Sequence record: NC_061449.1
Length of the DNA stretch: 64,000 bases
Strand: one strand, 5' to 3'
The translations under genes and the position numbers were made by a program. Below, in pieces: positions 17,506-26,871 of this stretch. How positions within the stretch are numbered: the stretch's first letter is position 1; each line of letters begins with the position of its first letter. The notes beneath the pieces were generated by a model. It saw nothing but the letters and a program-made list of their open reading frames with translations. It had not been told where the DNA came from and ran no database searches.

Positions 17506-18045
17506 ATGTTAGACCAAATCACTCATATCATCCAAGCGATGATGACCAATCTGAAAGACGTTCGTGCTGTTGAAGAAGTTCGAATCATCGGTAGCATGGC
17601 TGTGCGCTTCCGTGCAAAAGGCAAAACGTTTGACGTGCGTGGCCATTATCCGCTTTTCTGCGTTAATGAAATCGAAGGTTCCTGCATGACTGGTTCGAAA
17701 GCAGCCTATGAGATTGAGCGTCAGATGAATGGCGGACCTATTGACTCGCATGACGAAGAAGACTTCGCGCATGACTCACACGAAGAAGCAGTCAACGACC
17801 TGCTGTGTGCGCATGTCGATAGCATGAGCGAGGAGCATGTTCGTGCGTACAACGAAGAATGCGGTGGTCCTGACTTAGACCCTATCAATGCGCAACGTGT
17901 CTGGTTGAAAACACACTTGATACACCGCAGCGCAGAACTATCCCGCATGTTTGAAGAAGTGTTGTTCATGGAAGGTAAAGAGCGTTACGAAGAACTGCGT
18001 AAAGCAATCAAAGCTGTTTACGACAATAAACCGAAAGTAGCCTAA
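17506..18045 (+). CDS. Hypothetical acidic protein (start ATG 17506)
   Basis: AAGGGG RBS after a hairpin at 17457-17482. Confidence 0.7.
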   Translation: MLDQITHIIQAMMTNLKDVRAVEEVRIIGSMAVRFRAKGKTFDVRGHYPLFCVNEIEGSCMTGSKAAYEIERQMNGGPIDSHDEEDFAHDSHEEAVNDLLCAHVDSMSEEHVRAYNEECGGPDLDPINAQRVWLKTHLIHRSAELSRMFEEVLFMEGKERYEELRKAIKAVYDNKPKVA

Positions 18046-18057
18046 GAGGAAATAGTA

Positions 18058-18498
18058 ATGAGCGAAATAGATATTCTGATCCGTGAGTTCGAACGGGCGT
18101 ATCTCAAGTCACTTGCGTCTGCCTGGGGTAACGTTGCGTACCATGTCCAAGATCATCACCCTGAGTTGAAAAACATTCGCATGTACTTGCGTTTTCGCAC
18201 CCAGTATCAATGTCTCTGGAATCGACCTGTTCTTGTTCTCGCAACAATTGATGTTACTAATCCTGGCCAAGGCGAGTTCTCGAAGTTACTCGCTCGTACT
18301 AAAGAAATGTGTCGGCAGCGTGACTGGATTCTCCAAATTGAAAACGTGCTGACACCTAAGTTCAGAAAGTTTCTACAGCGTGGTGGATTCAAACCATTTG
18401 GTATTGATGCCGAAGTGCCGTACGGAAGTCTCTATTGGTTCCACGACGAAACAATCCCAACGCAGTGTGCCATGTACAGACAGGAGCGTTCGCTATGA
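18058..18498 (+). CDS. GNAT-fold acetyltransferase-like protein
   Basis: LATIDVTNPGQGEFSKLL (motif A-like) and IENVLTPKFRKFLQRGGF (motif B-like). Confidence 0.5.
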   Translation: MSEIDILIREFERAYLKSLASAWGNVAYHVQDHHPELKNIRMYLRFRTQYQCLWNRPVLVLATIDVTNPGQGEFSKLLARTKEMCRQRDWILQIENVLTPKFRKFLQRGGFKPFGIDAEVPYGSLYWFHDETIPTQCAMYRQERSL

Positions 18499-18938
18499 CA
18501 ATCTACTGGCCGACAATACTGATCTGTCTGACGCCGTTGCTTGCGTGTTATGCGACAATCCCGTGGTTCCGAGCGGCGGTAGACAGACGCCTGATGTTCA
18601 AGCCGTTTGACTATGACGCACTGACCGACATATACGCTAATGGTATGCCGGAGCGTATGCGCATCGAATGTCTACACGCAAAGTACACTGCGTTTCAGGA
18701 GAATCATTCGCATGTGGATATCTTCCCCCACAAAGAAAACGTAGCAACGCTTCGCTTTCGTGTCGATGAAGAATTTCCTATTGCTCGTATCTTTCATGAT
18801 GTGCTGGTTGGTAACTACAACGCGTTCGGGCTCAAAACAAAGAAAGCGCCTACGATAAGTATCAACCAGTCAGTGTATCGTGTGCTTGATTTTGAATACG
18901 ACGATCAGTACCTGTTCATTTATGTGAAACATCACTGA
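18495..18938 (+). CDS. Hypothetical protein with N-terminal hydrophobic segment (start ATG 18495)
   Basis: AGGAG RBS, ATGA coupling. Confidence 0.65.
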   Translation: MTIYWPTILICLTPLLACYATIPWFRAAVDRRLMFKPFDYDALTDIYANGMPERMRIECLHAKYTAFQENHSHVDIFPHKENVATLRFRVDEEFPIARIFHDVLVGNYNAFGLKTKKAPTISINQSVYRVLDFEYDDQYLFIYVKHH

Positions 18939-18947
18939 GGCAACATC

Positions 18948-19247
18948 ATGGTCACCCAACAACAACTCAAAGAGTTTTCTGCATTGCCCTCTTTAGACAG
19001 GAAAGTGTTTCTGCGTAGTATGCAAGTAGAGATGTTGGGTGCCCTCCCCGAAGTCGAGGCGATTGTGCGCGAGATGTTGTATCGCGCTATCGTGGTAGAC
19101 GTAGCACAGGCGGAGATGGCACTCCTTGCAGCACGTCAAATGTGTGAGAACAGGGACGTAAAGAAAGCCATTGACGATTTACTTACGTTTGCGGCCAAGA
19201 TACATGACGCCGCAACTGATATCCTTTTTCTTGGAGATATAGCATGA
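18948..19247 (+). CDS. Hypothetical protein
   Basis: GAGG RBS. Confidence 0.7.
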   Translation: MVTQQQLKEFSALPSLDRKVFLRSMQVEMLGALPEVEAIVREMLYRAIVVDVAQAEMALLAARQMCENRDVKKAIDDLLTFAAKIHDAATDILFLGDIA

Positions 19248-20296
19248 ACACAATTTCTGGATCAGTGATTGACGAAGATGTTCTGGATTGGCTTGATAAC
19301 TTTAGTTCGCATGACCAGCGTAAAATCGCTGATGCGATCAACGCGATTGCGTATGCCCATCGCGCAGAGCTATCTATTCCGAACATGCTGCATGATGAAG
19401 ACATTGCTGCACTGTCTCATTCTGACCTGTTCACTATTCTTTCGCTTGCTGCACCTAATGCGCAGTATGACTTAACGTTGTCCAACGTTCAACTGCTCGG
19501 CCTTGCGATGAACGCAATGGGTATCATCAATTACAACATGCCTGAACTGAATAGCCCGATTATGATCGCTCGCAAGTTCGCAGACGAGCGACGTAAAAAC
19601 ATACTTGGTGGTGATAGCAGTCGCGGTGATGTGATCAAAGCACTCAATCAGTGGGTTTGCGGTCTGCGCGATATTGATTTGTCCCATGCAGGTTCCGATG
19701 TAGCGCCTGACATTGCAGGTATGTACCTGTGCCTCGACGAGCATGAACAGATTCGTTACGGCCGTCTGTTCCGTAACAGCAGTGATGGTTGGACCTTCTG
19801 TGAATCAAACGAAGACGGTGGATCTACTAACTGGTATGATCGCAGCACCGAGCACGTCAAAGAAGATGATCTGCCTATGACGTTGCTTAGTAACTGGGTG
19901 CTGGTGGCTGAGTGGTATAGCCCGAATGTTAAAGCTGCCCAGAAAGCAATTCCGCTAGGTTGTGTGAGCGACACGCATCGCATCTTTATGTTCCTGCGAA
20001 GTCTTAGCCCTCACGTAAAAGCGGAGCTGGTGGCACACTTCGATGGTGTGCTTGATTACAAAGCACCGACCTGTGTTGATACTATCGGTCGCTTGACTGA
20101 GCATGACTGGCGTATGGCTGCTATCGCTGTTGCAGACGACGCAGAGATTCCTGCAGGTGAAACGAGCTGGTCTAATGTACCTGCGTGGTTGTGCTTCGTT
20201 GCCGTTGCTAAATCACTTGGTTTCAACTTCGAAACGCGCCAGTTCGACCCGCAGTTCGAGTATCAAGCTAACGACGATCATTTAGAAGGAGAGTAA
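19244..20296 (+). CDS. Hypothetical protein
   Basis: GGAG RBS, ATGA coupling, 350 aa. Confidence 0.75.
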   Translation: MNTISGSVIDEDVLDWLDNFSSHDQRKIADAINAIAYAHRAELSIPNMLHDEDIAALSHSDLFTILSLAAPNAQYDLTLSNVQLLGLAMNAMGIINYNMPELNSPIMIARKFADERRKNILGGDSSRGDVIKALNQWVCGLRDIDLSHAGSDVAPDIAGMYLCLDEHEQIRYGRLFRNSSDGWTFCESNEDGGSTNWYDRSTEHVKEDDLPMTLLSNWVLVAEWYSPNVKAAQKAIPLGCVSDTHRIFMFLRSLSPHVKAELVAHFDGVLDYKAPTCVDTIGRLTEHDWRMAAIAVADDAEIPAGETSWSNVPAWLCFVAVAKSLGFNFETRQFDPQFEYQANDDHLEGE

Positions 20297-20297
20297 C

Positions 20298-20840
20298 ATG
20301 GCAAAGTCACTGGGCGTATACATGACGTATATTCTGCGTCATAAACCTCAGGACATTGGCATCGCAATGGACACCCAAGGCTGGGTGTCTGTTCTGGATT
20401 TCTTGCAGAAAGCGAAGTACAAAAAGCAAGTGACCAGAGAGATGCTGATCGAAGAAGTAGAAGCGGACGATAAAGGTCGTTTTGAGTTTAACTCGAACAA
20501 GTCCAAGATTCGTTGTGTTCAAGGTCATTCTGTCGAACACGTCATTCTCAATCTTGCACCGTGGACTGATTGTTCGTCTTTGTATCACGGCACCGCTGAA
20601 AAGAATATTGCTTCAATCATGCACGAAGGAATCCTGAAACGCAAACGCAAGCACGTCCATATCAGCAACGATATTGAAACAGCGAAACGCGTTGGTCAAC
20701 GTCACGGTGTGCCTGTTGTATTTGAGATCGACACCCAGGCAATGATTACTCACGGGTACAAGTTCTACCGAGCAGAGAACGGGGTCATCTTAACTGACCA
20801 CGTACCTTCTCGCTATATTCGACTTCTGGACTCTAACTGA
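20298..20840 (+). CDS. kptA: RNA 2'-phosphotransferase (Tpt1/KptA family)
   Basis: YILRH.P..IGI.MD..GW, DDKGRF, IRCVQGHS, LYHGT, GI...RKHVHIS, G.KFYRAENGVILTDHVP. Confidence 0.93.
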   Translation: MAKSLGVYMTYILRHKPQDIGIAMDTQGWVSVLDFLQKAKYKKQVTREMLIEEVEADDKGRFEFNSNKSKIRCVQGHSVEHVILNLAPWTDCSSLYHGTAEKNIASIMHEGILKRKRKHVHISNDIETAKRVGQRHGVPVVFEIDTQAMITHGYKFYRAENGVILTDHVPSRYIRLLDSN

Positions 20841-20893
20841 GCATATTTCTGGACGAAACAGCCATTCAAGACTGGCTCGATTTATGCTATAAT
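20841..20893 (+). promoter_or_regulatory. Early-type promoter family copy 3
   Basis: GCA-TATTTC-TGGACGAAAC ... TATGC-TATAAT. Confidence 0.8.
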
Positions 20894-20942
20894 AGAGATG
20901 AACGCTAGACACTCGTTTAGCTACTTACATGAGGATATGTAT

Positions 20943-22352
20943 ATGAAAAAGATTAAGCACACTTTCCGCCTGACCGACCTTGTTCGTATCTCCAACGTTC
21001 TGCCTGTGACCATGAAGCATTTTGATGGTGCAGGTGAAGAAGCAATCGTCGTTGGTCGTCAGGATGAAAAAGACGAGTACGCACTGCACGTCAAACATCA
21101 TGGTCGTGTTTCATGGTACCCCGCCGAGTGTTTGAAACTTATCAAACACGATCAGTCTGCACTTCTCGACAAGTGGGAAGCAGGTAAGTACGGTAAGAAG
21201 AAAAAGAAAGAGCGTGAGATCCCTAACGAACTGCGCAACTTCACTGCTATCCTGCCTGTGACCTGTAACGCTGATTGTGCTTTCTGCCCTGAGAAAGAAA
21301 TGGAAAACAAAGCGCCGCAGAAAGAGTGGCAAGACAATCTGATGGCTGCAATCAAAACGCACGGTCATCGTGTTGATCACATCTCAATCTCTGGGGGTGA
21401 ACCTACGCTTCGCATGAAGTATCTGTTCGAAACGATTGACCGTATTCGTGCAGAAGCTGGTACGCACAAAGTGGGTCTGACTTCTAACGGTCAGTTCCTT
21501 GAAAAGCATAATCAGACGATGACGTTCCTCGATCTGAATACAGACGTGATGCTGGAAAGCAAACTGTCGCATCTGAATATCAGTCTGCACTCATTTGACC
21601 GTGAGAAAGCAAACAAGATCATGGGCGTCAACTATACGTGGACTCTTGATGACCTTGTGCGCTTCCGCCGCCAGTTAGGTCGCAGGCTGAGTTTCCATAT
21701 CAACTTCGTTATCAACAAACAGAACATCGACAACATCGAATGGGAGTTCCGTCAGGCGAACGAACTGATGAAAGCAAACCCGTGGATCGACGTTGTGTTC
21801 CGTGTTGACTACGACAACAAGAAGTTGAGCAAAGAACTGCGTAAGTATGGCATGGCGCATGAAGCGTGGCGCAACGCTACACGCGGCTCACAGCGTGACG
21901 TTATGGAGGCTGAGAAGAAGTTGAAGAAGAAGCCTGAGCTGATCAAGCTGTTTGATTCTATCTTTGACGGTAGCTACTACGATGAAATTTTCGACGAGAC
22001 CCTGCCAGGATTCGACGATACGTTTACTACTGGTTGTCCGTCATGCTTCACGCATCGCAGCGCCGACCTCGGTAACAGCTTCGCATATCTGAAAGCGTCT
22101 TCATACGAACCGAACGAAGACGAAGAAGAATACACCGAAATGGTATTCCACATGGACGGCAACCTGTACTTCGACTGGTCACGCAAAGAGCCTGTACCAG
22201 AAGTGAAAGCCAAGAAGGTAAAAGCGAAGAAAGTGAAGAAGGCGAAGAAAGAAGAACCTAGAGGCTATCCTGATACCTGTAACTTTGGTTCTTCTCGTTG
22301 TGGATTTACTGGCGGCAACGGGAGTTGTGGTTTCGGTAGCGGTATGTGCTAA
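20943..22352 (+). CDS. Radical SAM enzyme with N-terminal SH3/KOW-like domain and Cys/Gly-rich C-terminal tail
   Basis: CNADCAFC (CxxxCxxC), ISGGEPTL, LTSNG, LNISLH; GAGGA RBS before ATG 20943. Confidence 0.85.
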   Translation: MKKIKHTFRLTDLVRISNVLPVTMKHFDGAGEEAIVVGRQDEKDEYALHVKHHGRVSWYPAECLKLIKHDQSALLDKWEAGKYGKKKKKEREIPNELRNFTAILPVTCNADCAFCPEKEMENKAPQKEWQDNLMAAIKTHGHRVDHISISGGEPTLRMKYLFETIDRIRAEAGTHKVGLTSNGQFLEKHNQTMTFLDLNTDVMLESKLSHLNISLHSFDREKANKIMGVNYTWTLDDLVRFRRQLGRRLSFHINFVINKQNIDNIEWEFRQANELMKANPWIDVVFRVDYDNKKLSKELRKYGMAHEAWRNATRGSQRDVMEAEKKLKKKPELIKLFDSIFDGSYYDEIFDETLPGFDDTFTTGCPSCFTHRSADLGNSFAYLKASSYEPNEDEEEYTEMVFHMDGNLYFDWSRKEPVPEVKAKKVKAKKVKKAKKEEPRGYPDTCNFGSSRCGFTGGNGSCGFGSGMC

Positions 22353-22363
22353 GGAAAACTAAA

Positions 22364-22726
22364 ATGAATGAACGTCGTAACTTTTATTACCACAGCCCGT
22401 TTTATTATGGGCTTATTGTGTGGCGTAGACGTCTTGCTGTTGTCGGTGCTATGCTGATCGCTATTCTGATCATGCACGGTCGCTCCGCTCCTGCTGTCGA
22501 AGACATGTGGTTCTGGACAGGCATCATCTTCGGTGTAATTGGTGGTGTGTGCTATATACGCATGTGGTGCTATGAAAACTACCTGCTTGCTGCAATGGGC
22601 CCGCTCGATAACAGCACCGTTATTGGTTCATTGAACTTCGATAAGATCGAACGCAAACACGAAGTCTGGTACGAGAAGAAATTTGGCTGCAAGCCACCGA
22701 AGACTAACACATGGAGCAATGACTAA
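22364..22726 (+). CDS. Membrane protein (two TM segments)
   Basis: AAGGA RBS; two hydrophobic stretches. Confidence 0.65.
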   Translation: MNERRNFYYHSPFYYGLIVWRRRLAVVGAMLIAILIMHGRSAPAVEDMWFWTGIIFGVIGGVCYIRMWCYENYLLAAMGPLDNSTVIGSLNFDKIERKHEVWYEKKFGCKPPKTNTWSND

Positions 22727-23184
22727 TGCCACGCATGTTCACTGTAACCCACCGCAAGAAGCTCCACGTCCGTATGAGTGATCCTAAATTTCACGGTGCG
22801 AAGTGTGAAGCTATCTACCAACAAGGCATGAAAGCTCTGCGTCAACTTAAAATGTATCAAGACGCTATTCGTTATGCTCGTCGTCCTGGTGTGCGTTTCC
22901 GGCGTAATAGTACGTTTGCACTTATGTTGGATAATGAATGGTGGGACCATAAATCTATCGAGGAGTACCGTCGAGAAGTTCTCCATTGGACTGCTTGCTT
23001 GAGAAAGGCTCGCGTTGCATACACCGAAGAACATTCAAAGCGCCACAATCATCCACTGCGTTTCGAAGTGAAAGATGCAGATGGTAATCGCGTTGATCTG
23101 TTCGTGACTTATGGTGCGGCCAATCACTGTAAACTACGTTCAGGGCTTGGCGCTACACTCAATCGTTATGAGGAAAAGAAATAA
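22726..23184 (+). CDS. Basic hypothetical protein
   Basis: TAATG coupling. Confidence 0.7.
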   Translation: MPRMFTVTHRKKLHVRMSDPKFHGAKCEAIYQQGMKALRQLKMYQDAIRYARRPGVRFRRNSTFALMLDNEWWDHKSIEEYRREVLHWTACLRKARVAYTEEHSKRHNHPLRFEVKDADGNRVDLFVTYGAANHCKLRSGLGATLNRYEEKK

Positions 23185-23185
23185 A

Positions 23186-23449
23186 ATGGCTGTTGGTTTT
23201 GTGAAAGATGATGGTGTGAATGATACCATCGAAACAAACGTGATGAACGAGATTGACCGCGCTCGCTCAGAACTTCAAGGCGTAGGTTCTGATTACTGCG
23301 TCAACCAAGACTGCGGTGCGAAGATTCCTGTGATGCGCAAACTCGCTATGCCAAATGCGCGTTACTGTGTTAACTGTCAGGCAAGTCATGATGGCACTGC
23401 TAACGTCGGCTACAATCGTCGTGGCTCCAAAGATTCCCAACTGAGGTAG
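23186..23449 (+). CDS. ybiI: DksA/TraR-family C4 zinc-finger protein, YbiI-like
   Basis: MAVGFVKDD.VN..I, C....C...IP..R...P..RYCVNCQ; C-terminus GYNRRGSKDSQLR matches E. coli YbiI as I recall it. Confidence 0.9.
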   Translation: MAVGFVKDDGVNDTIETNVMNEIDRARSELQGVGSDYCVNQDCGAKIPVMRKLAMPNARYCVNCQASHDGTANVGYNRRGSKDSQLR

Positions 23450-23454
23450 CAACA

Positions 23455-23877
23455 ATGGCAACACTTACCCAGACTAACAAGAAGTGGAACGTAACGTTCA
23501 CCCAGAAAGATAAACCGGATAACGTGTTCACTGCTACATACACCAATGAGCAGGAGTATCTCAACTGGGTAGCACTGCATGAGCAAGGCTTCGATATCGA
23601 AGTTGAGATCGAAATGTCTTTCCTTGTGCAGAAAGGTCCGCACGACAACATACAACCTGTCGATCAGCCTGATGTGACTTATTCGCTTGAGGCGTTTATC
23701 TCGACCGCTAACGACTGGGTAGTTATTCGTAGTGGCATCGCTTCCCCAGAAGCTGTCACTCAACTTATCGATCAACTCAATATCACGCCTGAAAACAAAC
23801 ACGTCAAGGGAACTAAGTTCCGTGTTGTGCGTGTTATGCGTGACGCTGTTGAAGAACTGTGGGGAGAGATGTGGTGA
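23455..23877 (+). CDS. Hypothetical protein
   Basis: GAGG RBS. Confidence 0.7.
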   Translation: MATLTQTNKKWNVTFTQKDKPDNVFTATYTNEQEYLNWVALHEQGFDIEVEIEMSFLVQKGPHDNIQPVDQPDVTYSLEAFISTANDWVVIRSGIASPEAVTQLIDQLNITPENKHVKGTKFRVVRVMRDAVEELWGEMW

Positions 23878-24008
23878 GCGACAAAGAACCATATTCACGT
23901 TGTGAAGACTGCCGTACACCTCTAGCAGAAGATGAAGTGTACGGTGAGTGGGATGACCTGTGCGAGAACTGCTTCGCCGATCGTGAAGACGAAGGGGAGC
24001 CGACATAA
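23874..24008 (+). CDS. 44-aa acidic CxxC-CxxC zinc-ribbon microprotein (absent from the ORF track)
   Basis: GTGA overlap, GGAG RBS; MSDKEPYSRCEDCRTPLAEDEVYGEWDDLCENCFADREDEGEPT; TAATG coupling to the next gene. Confidence 0.65.
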   Translation: MSDKEPYSRCEDCRTPLAEDEVYGEWDDLCENCFADREDEGEPT

Positions 24009-24325
24009 TGCTGCGTAAACTTTGGATAGCTATGGGATTCATATTCCCTACTGTTGCAGATGCCATGCGTAAACGTCAGGCTTGTACACGCATTGGTTAC
24101 ACCAGTTACTGCGTTATGAATCGAGCTGGTTTTGCGGAGGCATTCACGCACCACCTGCATGAGTATCGAAACGCCAGCGAATCGCTGGCTGTACTCAACA
24201 AACATAAGCACGAAGACGTGACCGCAAAAGCGCAGCGTATGGATTATCCTTGTGTTGTTGTCTTTGTGGAAGATGGCTTCTCAACGATTGCAATTGATGC
24301 ACCTACCATGGAGCGCCACGTATGA
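24008..24325 (+). CDS. Hypothetical protein
   Basis: Translational coupling at both ends. Confidence 0.65.
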   Translation: MLRKLWIAMGFIFPTVADAMRKRQACTRIGYTSYCVMNRAGFAEAFTHHLHEYRNASESLAVLNKHKHEDVTAKAQRMDYPCVVVFVEDGFSTIAIDAPTMERHV

Positions 24326-24675
24326 AACTTACAAAGCTGCCGCGTTACTTGTGGCTAACAGGCATACAGGTAACGCACTTCTTCAAGCTGCTTAAAGCGA
24401 ATCGTGAACTCGCTGCTATGGAGCATGAAGCAGAAGTGCTCAAAGCTCTGCAAGATCTCACTGAGCGTGATATGCAGAACGGAACTATCATCTGCATCAA
24501 GGTGCTTTCGTTCTTTCAGGAGTTGAAGCGCCCTCGTGGTGTGAAGCACAATCTTCCCTACCTGTGGCCGAAGCGTGACCTGATTCGCTTGCTCAACAAG
24601 AACGGCGTTGCAGTAGGGCCAGTACCGAATTACTTTGCAGCGTTCCATCAACTCGTAGACAAAGGGTTTAAGTGA
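24322..24675 (+). CDS. Hypothetical protein
   Basis: GGAG RBS, ATGA coupling. Confidence 0.65.
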   Translation: MKLTKLPRYLWLTGIQVTHFFKLLKANRELAAMEHEAEVLKALQDLTERDMQNGTIICIKVLSFFQELKRPRGVKHNLPYLWPKRDLIRLLNKNGVAVGPVPNYFAAFHQLVDKGFK

Positions 24676-25337
24676 TGAACATCATTCAATTCCTCATGGA
24701 TGAGGACGAAGTACAGTCTGCATTCGTTGCGTACCGCACCGACCCTACCGATGAAAACAAACGTCGTGTGATCGAAACGCTTTTGCGTGAACACGCGTTC
24801 GCAACTAACGTAACAGAGAAAGCTACGGTGCTGGGTAAGCCTCAACATCGTTTTGTGCTTATCCCCCACACTACCGCTATCAATCGTGAGCGAGTAGAAG
24901 TTAGTGGAGATCAGATTAGCTGGGACAGGCCCGTTGATCGCAGACTGCTCGATCTAGCGAAGTGTGCTACCCGTGTCAGTAATCACGTACACGAACTAGG
25001 CGGCTCTGCTGTGTTTGTGCGCTTCACCGCCGACGAGTGGCACGAGACTTTCCTGACTCAGGGCCTTCCGATGTATCTTGCGGCGATGCAGGAAGCCCTG
25101 AAGGAAACAGAGAGTCTCGAAGCTATCGCAGTCTCTATGGAAAAACTGATTCGCGTTGTCGGTAATATGACCGAACTTGCATATTCAAAACGACTGATAG
25201 GTCAGATGTATGCCGTTGCTGAAAACAGACACGATGACACTGTTAGCAGTGCGCTAGTTGCTATGGTAGATCTGGGGAGAACGAAGAACATCCCTGCTAT
25301 CTGTAAAGAGACAGAAGACGAGAACGAGGAAGAATAA
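24672..25337 (+). CDS. Hypothetical protein
   Basis: Coupled ORF, 221 aa. Confidence 0.7.
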   Translation: MMNIIQFLMDEDEVQSAFVAYRTDPTDENKRRVIETLLREHAFATNVTEKATVLGKPQHRFVLIPHTTAINRERVEVSGDQISWDRPVDRRLLDLAKCATRVSNHVHELGGSAVFVRFTADEWHETFLTQGLPMYLAAMQEALKETESLEAIAVSMEKLIRVVGNMTELAYSKRLIGQMYAVAENRHDDTVSSALVAMVDLGRTKNIPAICKETEDENEEE

Positions 25338-25709
25338 ATGATCAAACAAATCCCAAGACAACTTTCGACCAAAGATCGTAGTCTGTCTATCGACGGCTTT
25401 GCTTCTGCGGTCAATCTGGAAAACTACACTGCTGTCGTGCGCGGTCCGTGGAAGTTACTGCGCGGCACTAACACCAGCGGTAACTTCACTGTCGTGCTGG
25501 TGGGGCCTCACGCCGTCCCATCGAATCTGGTCGGCATTCAAATCTTAATGGCTGCTGGCTTCTCTGATGTAGACGCTATGCTTGCTCTCGGTGTAACACG
25601 TAATGAATATCGTGCGTGGACAAAAACGCAACGCACTCGCAAACGCGAAGCAGCCGCACAACCACGCATGGGCAGCACAACATCACTCGACGATCTCAAG
25701 GGGAAGTAA
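25338..25709 (+). CDS. Hypothetical protein with C-terminal HTH-like segment
   Basis: LMAAGFSDVDAMLALGVTRNEYRAW. Confidence 0.55.
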   Translation: MIKQIPRQLSTKDRSLSIDGFASAVNLENYTAVVRGPWKLLRGTNTSGNFTVVLVGPHAVPSNLVGIQILMAAGFSDVDAMLALGVTRNEYRAWTKTQRTRKREAAAQPRMGSTTSLDDLKGK

Positions 25710-25710
25710 G

Positions 25711-26097
25711 ATGAAACAGCTATTCGTAGGCAGTCACCCAAACACCGTTCGCTTCTCTGATCTCGATTCTCGTGATCGCGTGTGTGAGATTCGTGTGCTG
25801 ATCGCCAATGCGTATACTATCCTGCGCGATGCTATCGGTGAGAAAGCCAAAGATGAAGCGAGCGTCTTCCACGGCCCGTGGCTTGTGTTTCGTAACCTGA
25901 TGAACGAGCACCCTGCTACGTGTCTCGAAGAATATCGTCACGCTTCAATCTACTTCGATGCAGACACCGAAAACATGGTGACTGAGATTGCTGATCTGAT
26001 TGAACAGCATATCGAACTGACTCGTCAGTCTCTCAGTTTGAAAGGCGCTAATCAACATCAGGCTGCTGACGATGAAAACTTTGCATTGCGTGGCTAA
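25711..26097 (+). CDS. Hypothetical protein (start ATG 25711)
   Basis: AGGGGA RBS. Confidence 0.7.
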   Translation: MKQLFVGSHPNTVRFSDLDSRDRVCEIRVLIANAYTILRDAIGEKAKDEASVFHGPWLVFRNLMNEHPATCLEEYRHASIYFDADTENMVTEIADLIEQHIELTRQSLSLKGANQHQAADDENFALRG

Positions 26098-26275
26098 ACG
26101 TTATTGGCGCGAGGCGATGATACTGATTGTGTTGGTTGTCATCGCTTTCGCTTTACCTTACTTCGAAGTGCGTAGCCCAGAGCTGACTATGCTGGTGGCT
26201 GTTATCGTGGCTGTGTACTTCTTCGCTACTTGGGCATGTAAGCCTAGATATGGACGAGACAATGAGAAAGAATGA
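26072..26275 (+). CDS. Small two-TM membrane protein
   Basis: Two hydrophobic helices. Confidence 0.6.
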   Translation: MKTLHCVAKRYWREAMILIVLVVIAFALPYFEVRSPELTMLVAVIVAVYFFATWACKPRYGRDNEKE

Positions 26276-26813
26276 AATCGTATTGAGCGCCGAAGAGATT
26301 GCAGACGGCATCGAGAAGATCAATCACGCACTACTGCAAGTTGGTCTGCGTTGCAACGAAGGTGATGTTGGTTACGAAACTGTGTATACCGATGATCGCG
26401 GTGAAACGCAGGGTGGCTGGTACGCCGAGTTCGATAAGAAGTCCCGCGATAAGCTGCGTGAATCAAAGAAAGTGTCGTGGCGTAACTGTGGCATGATTAG
26501 CGGCGACACGCTCGATAGCATTCTGCGTACTGCTGCTAGTCTGAAATTCCGCAACTATGGCAAAGAGCCTAGCCCTACTCAGATTAAGAAAGTGGTGCAC
26601 ATGATGACCAAAGAAGGTGCCACCAAGAGAGCGCTTGAGATCTACAACTCAGCCGCGCCTCTGTCTGACGATGACCTCAAGCTGTGTATCGAACACTTCC
26701 GTTCACTGGAAGCGTTAATCAAAGTTGACCCGATGTTGAAGCTCGCGCAGCCTTACGTTGTGAACAACCTGTATCAACTCGAAAACTACTTACACGCACG
26801 TAAGAGCAAGTAA
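26250..26813 (+). CDS. Hypothetical protein
   Basis: 187-aa ORF in an operon-like run. Confidence 0.7.
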   Translation: MDETMRKNEIVLSAEEIADGIEKINHALLQVGLRCNEGDVGYETVYTDDRGETQGGWYAEFDKKSRDKLRESKKVSWRNCGMISGDTLDSILRTAASLKFRNYGKEPSPTQIKKVVHMMTKEGATKRALEIYNSAAPLSDDDLKLCIEHFRSLEALIKVDPMLKLAQPYVVNNLYQLENYLHARKSK

Positions 26814-26818
26814 CAATC

Positions 26819-26869
26819 ATGGGAGACTCCTAACGGGGTTTCCCATTAGTCATTTCTGGAGCAAATTTT
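26819..26869 (+). repeat. Hairpin + CATTTCTG..GCAAATTTT unit (second copy at 35237-35284)
   Basis: ATGGGAGACTCC-TAAC-GGGGTTTCCCAT then CATTTCTGGAGCAAATTTT. Confidence 0.55.
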
Positions 26870-26871
26870 AC

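Noticed and set aside
21240-21300. Viperin or QueE assignment for the radical SAM enzyme
   Set aside because: Motif CNADCAFCPEK lacks the viperin CNYxCxFCFH and QueE CxxxCxxCDT signatures
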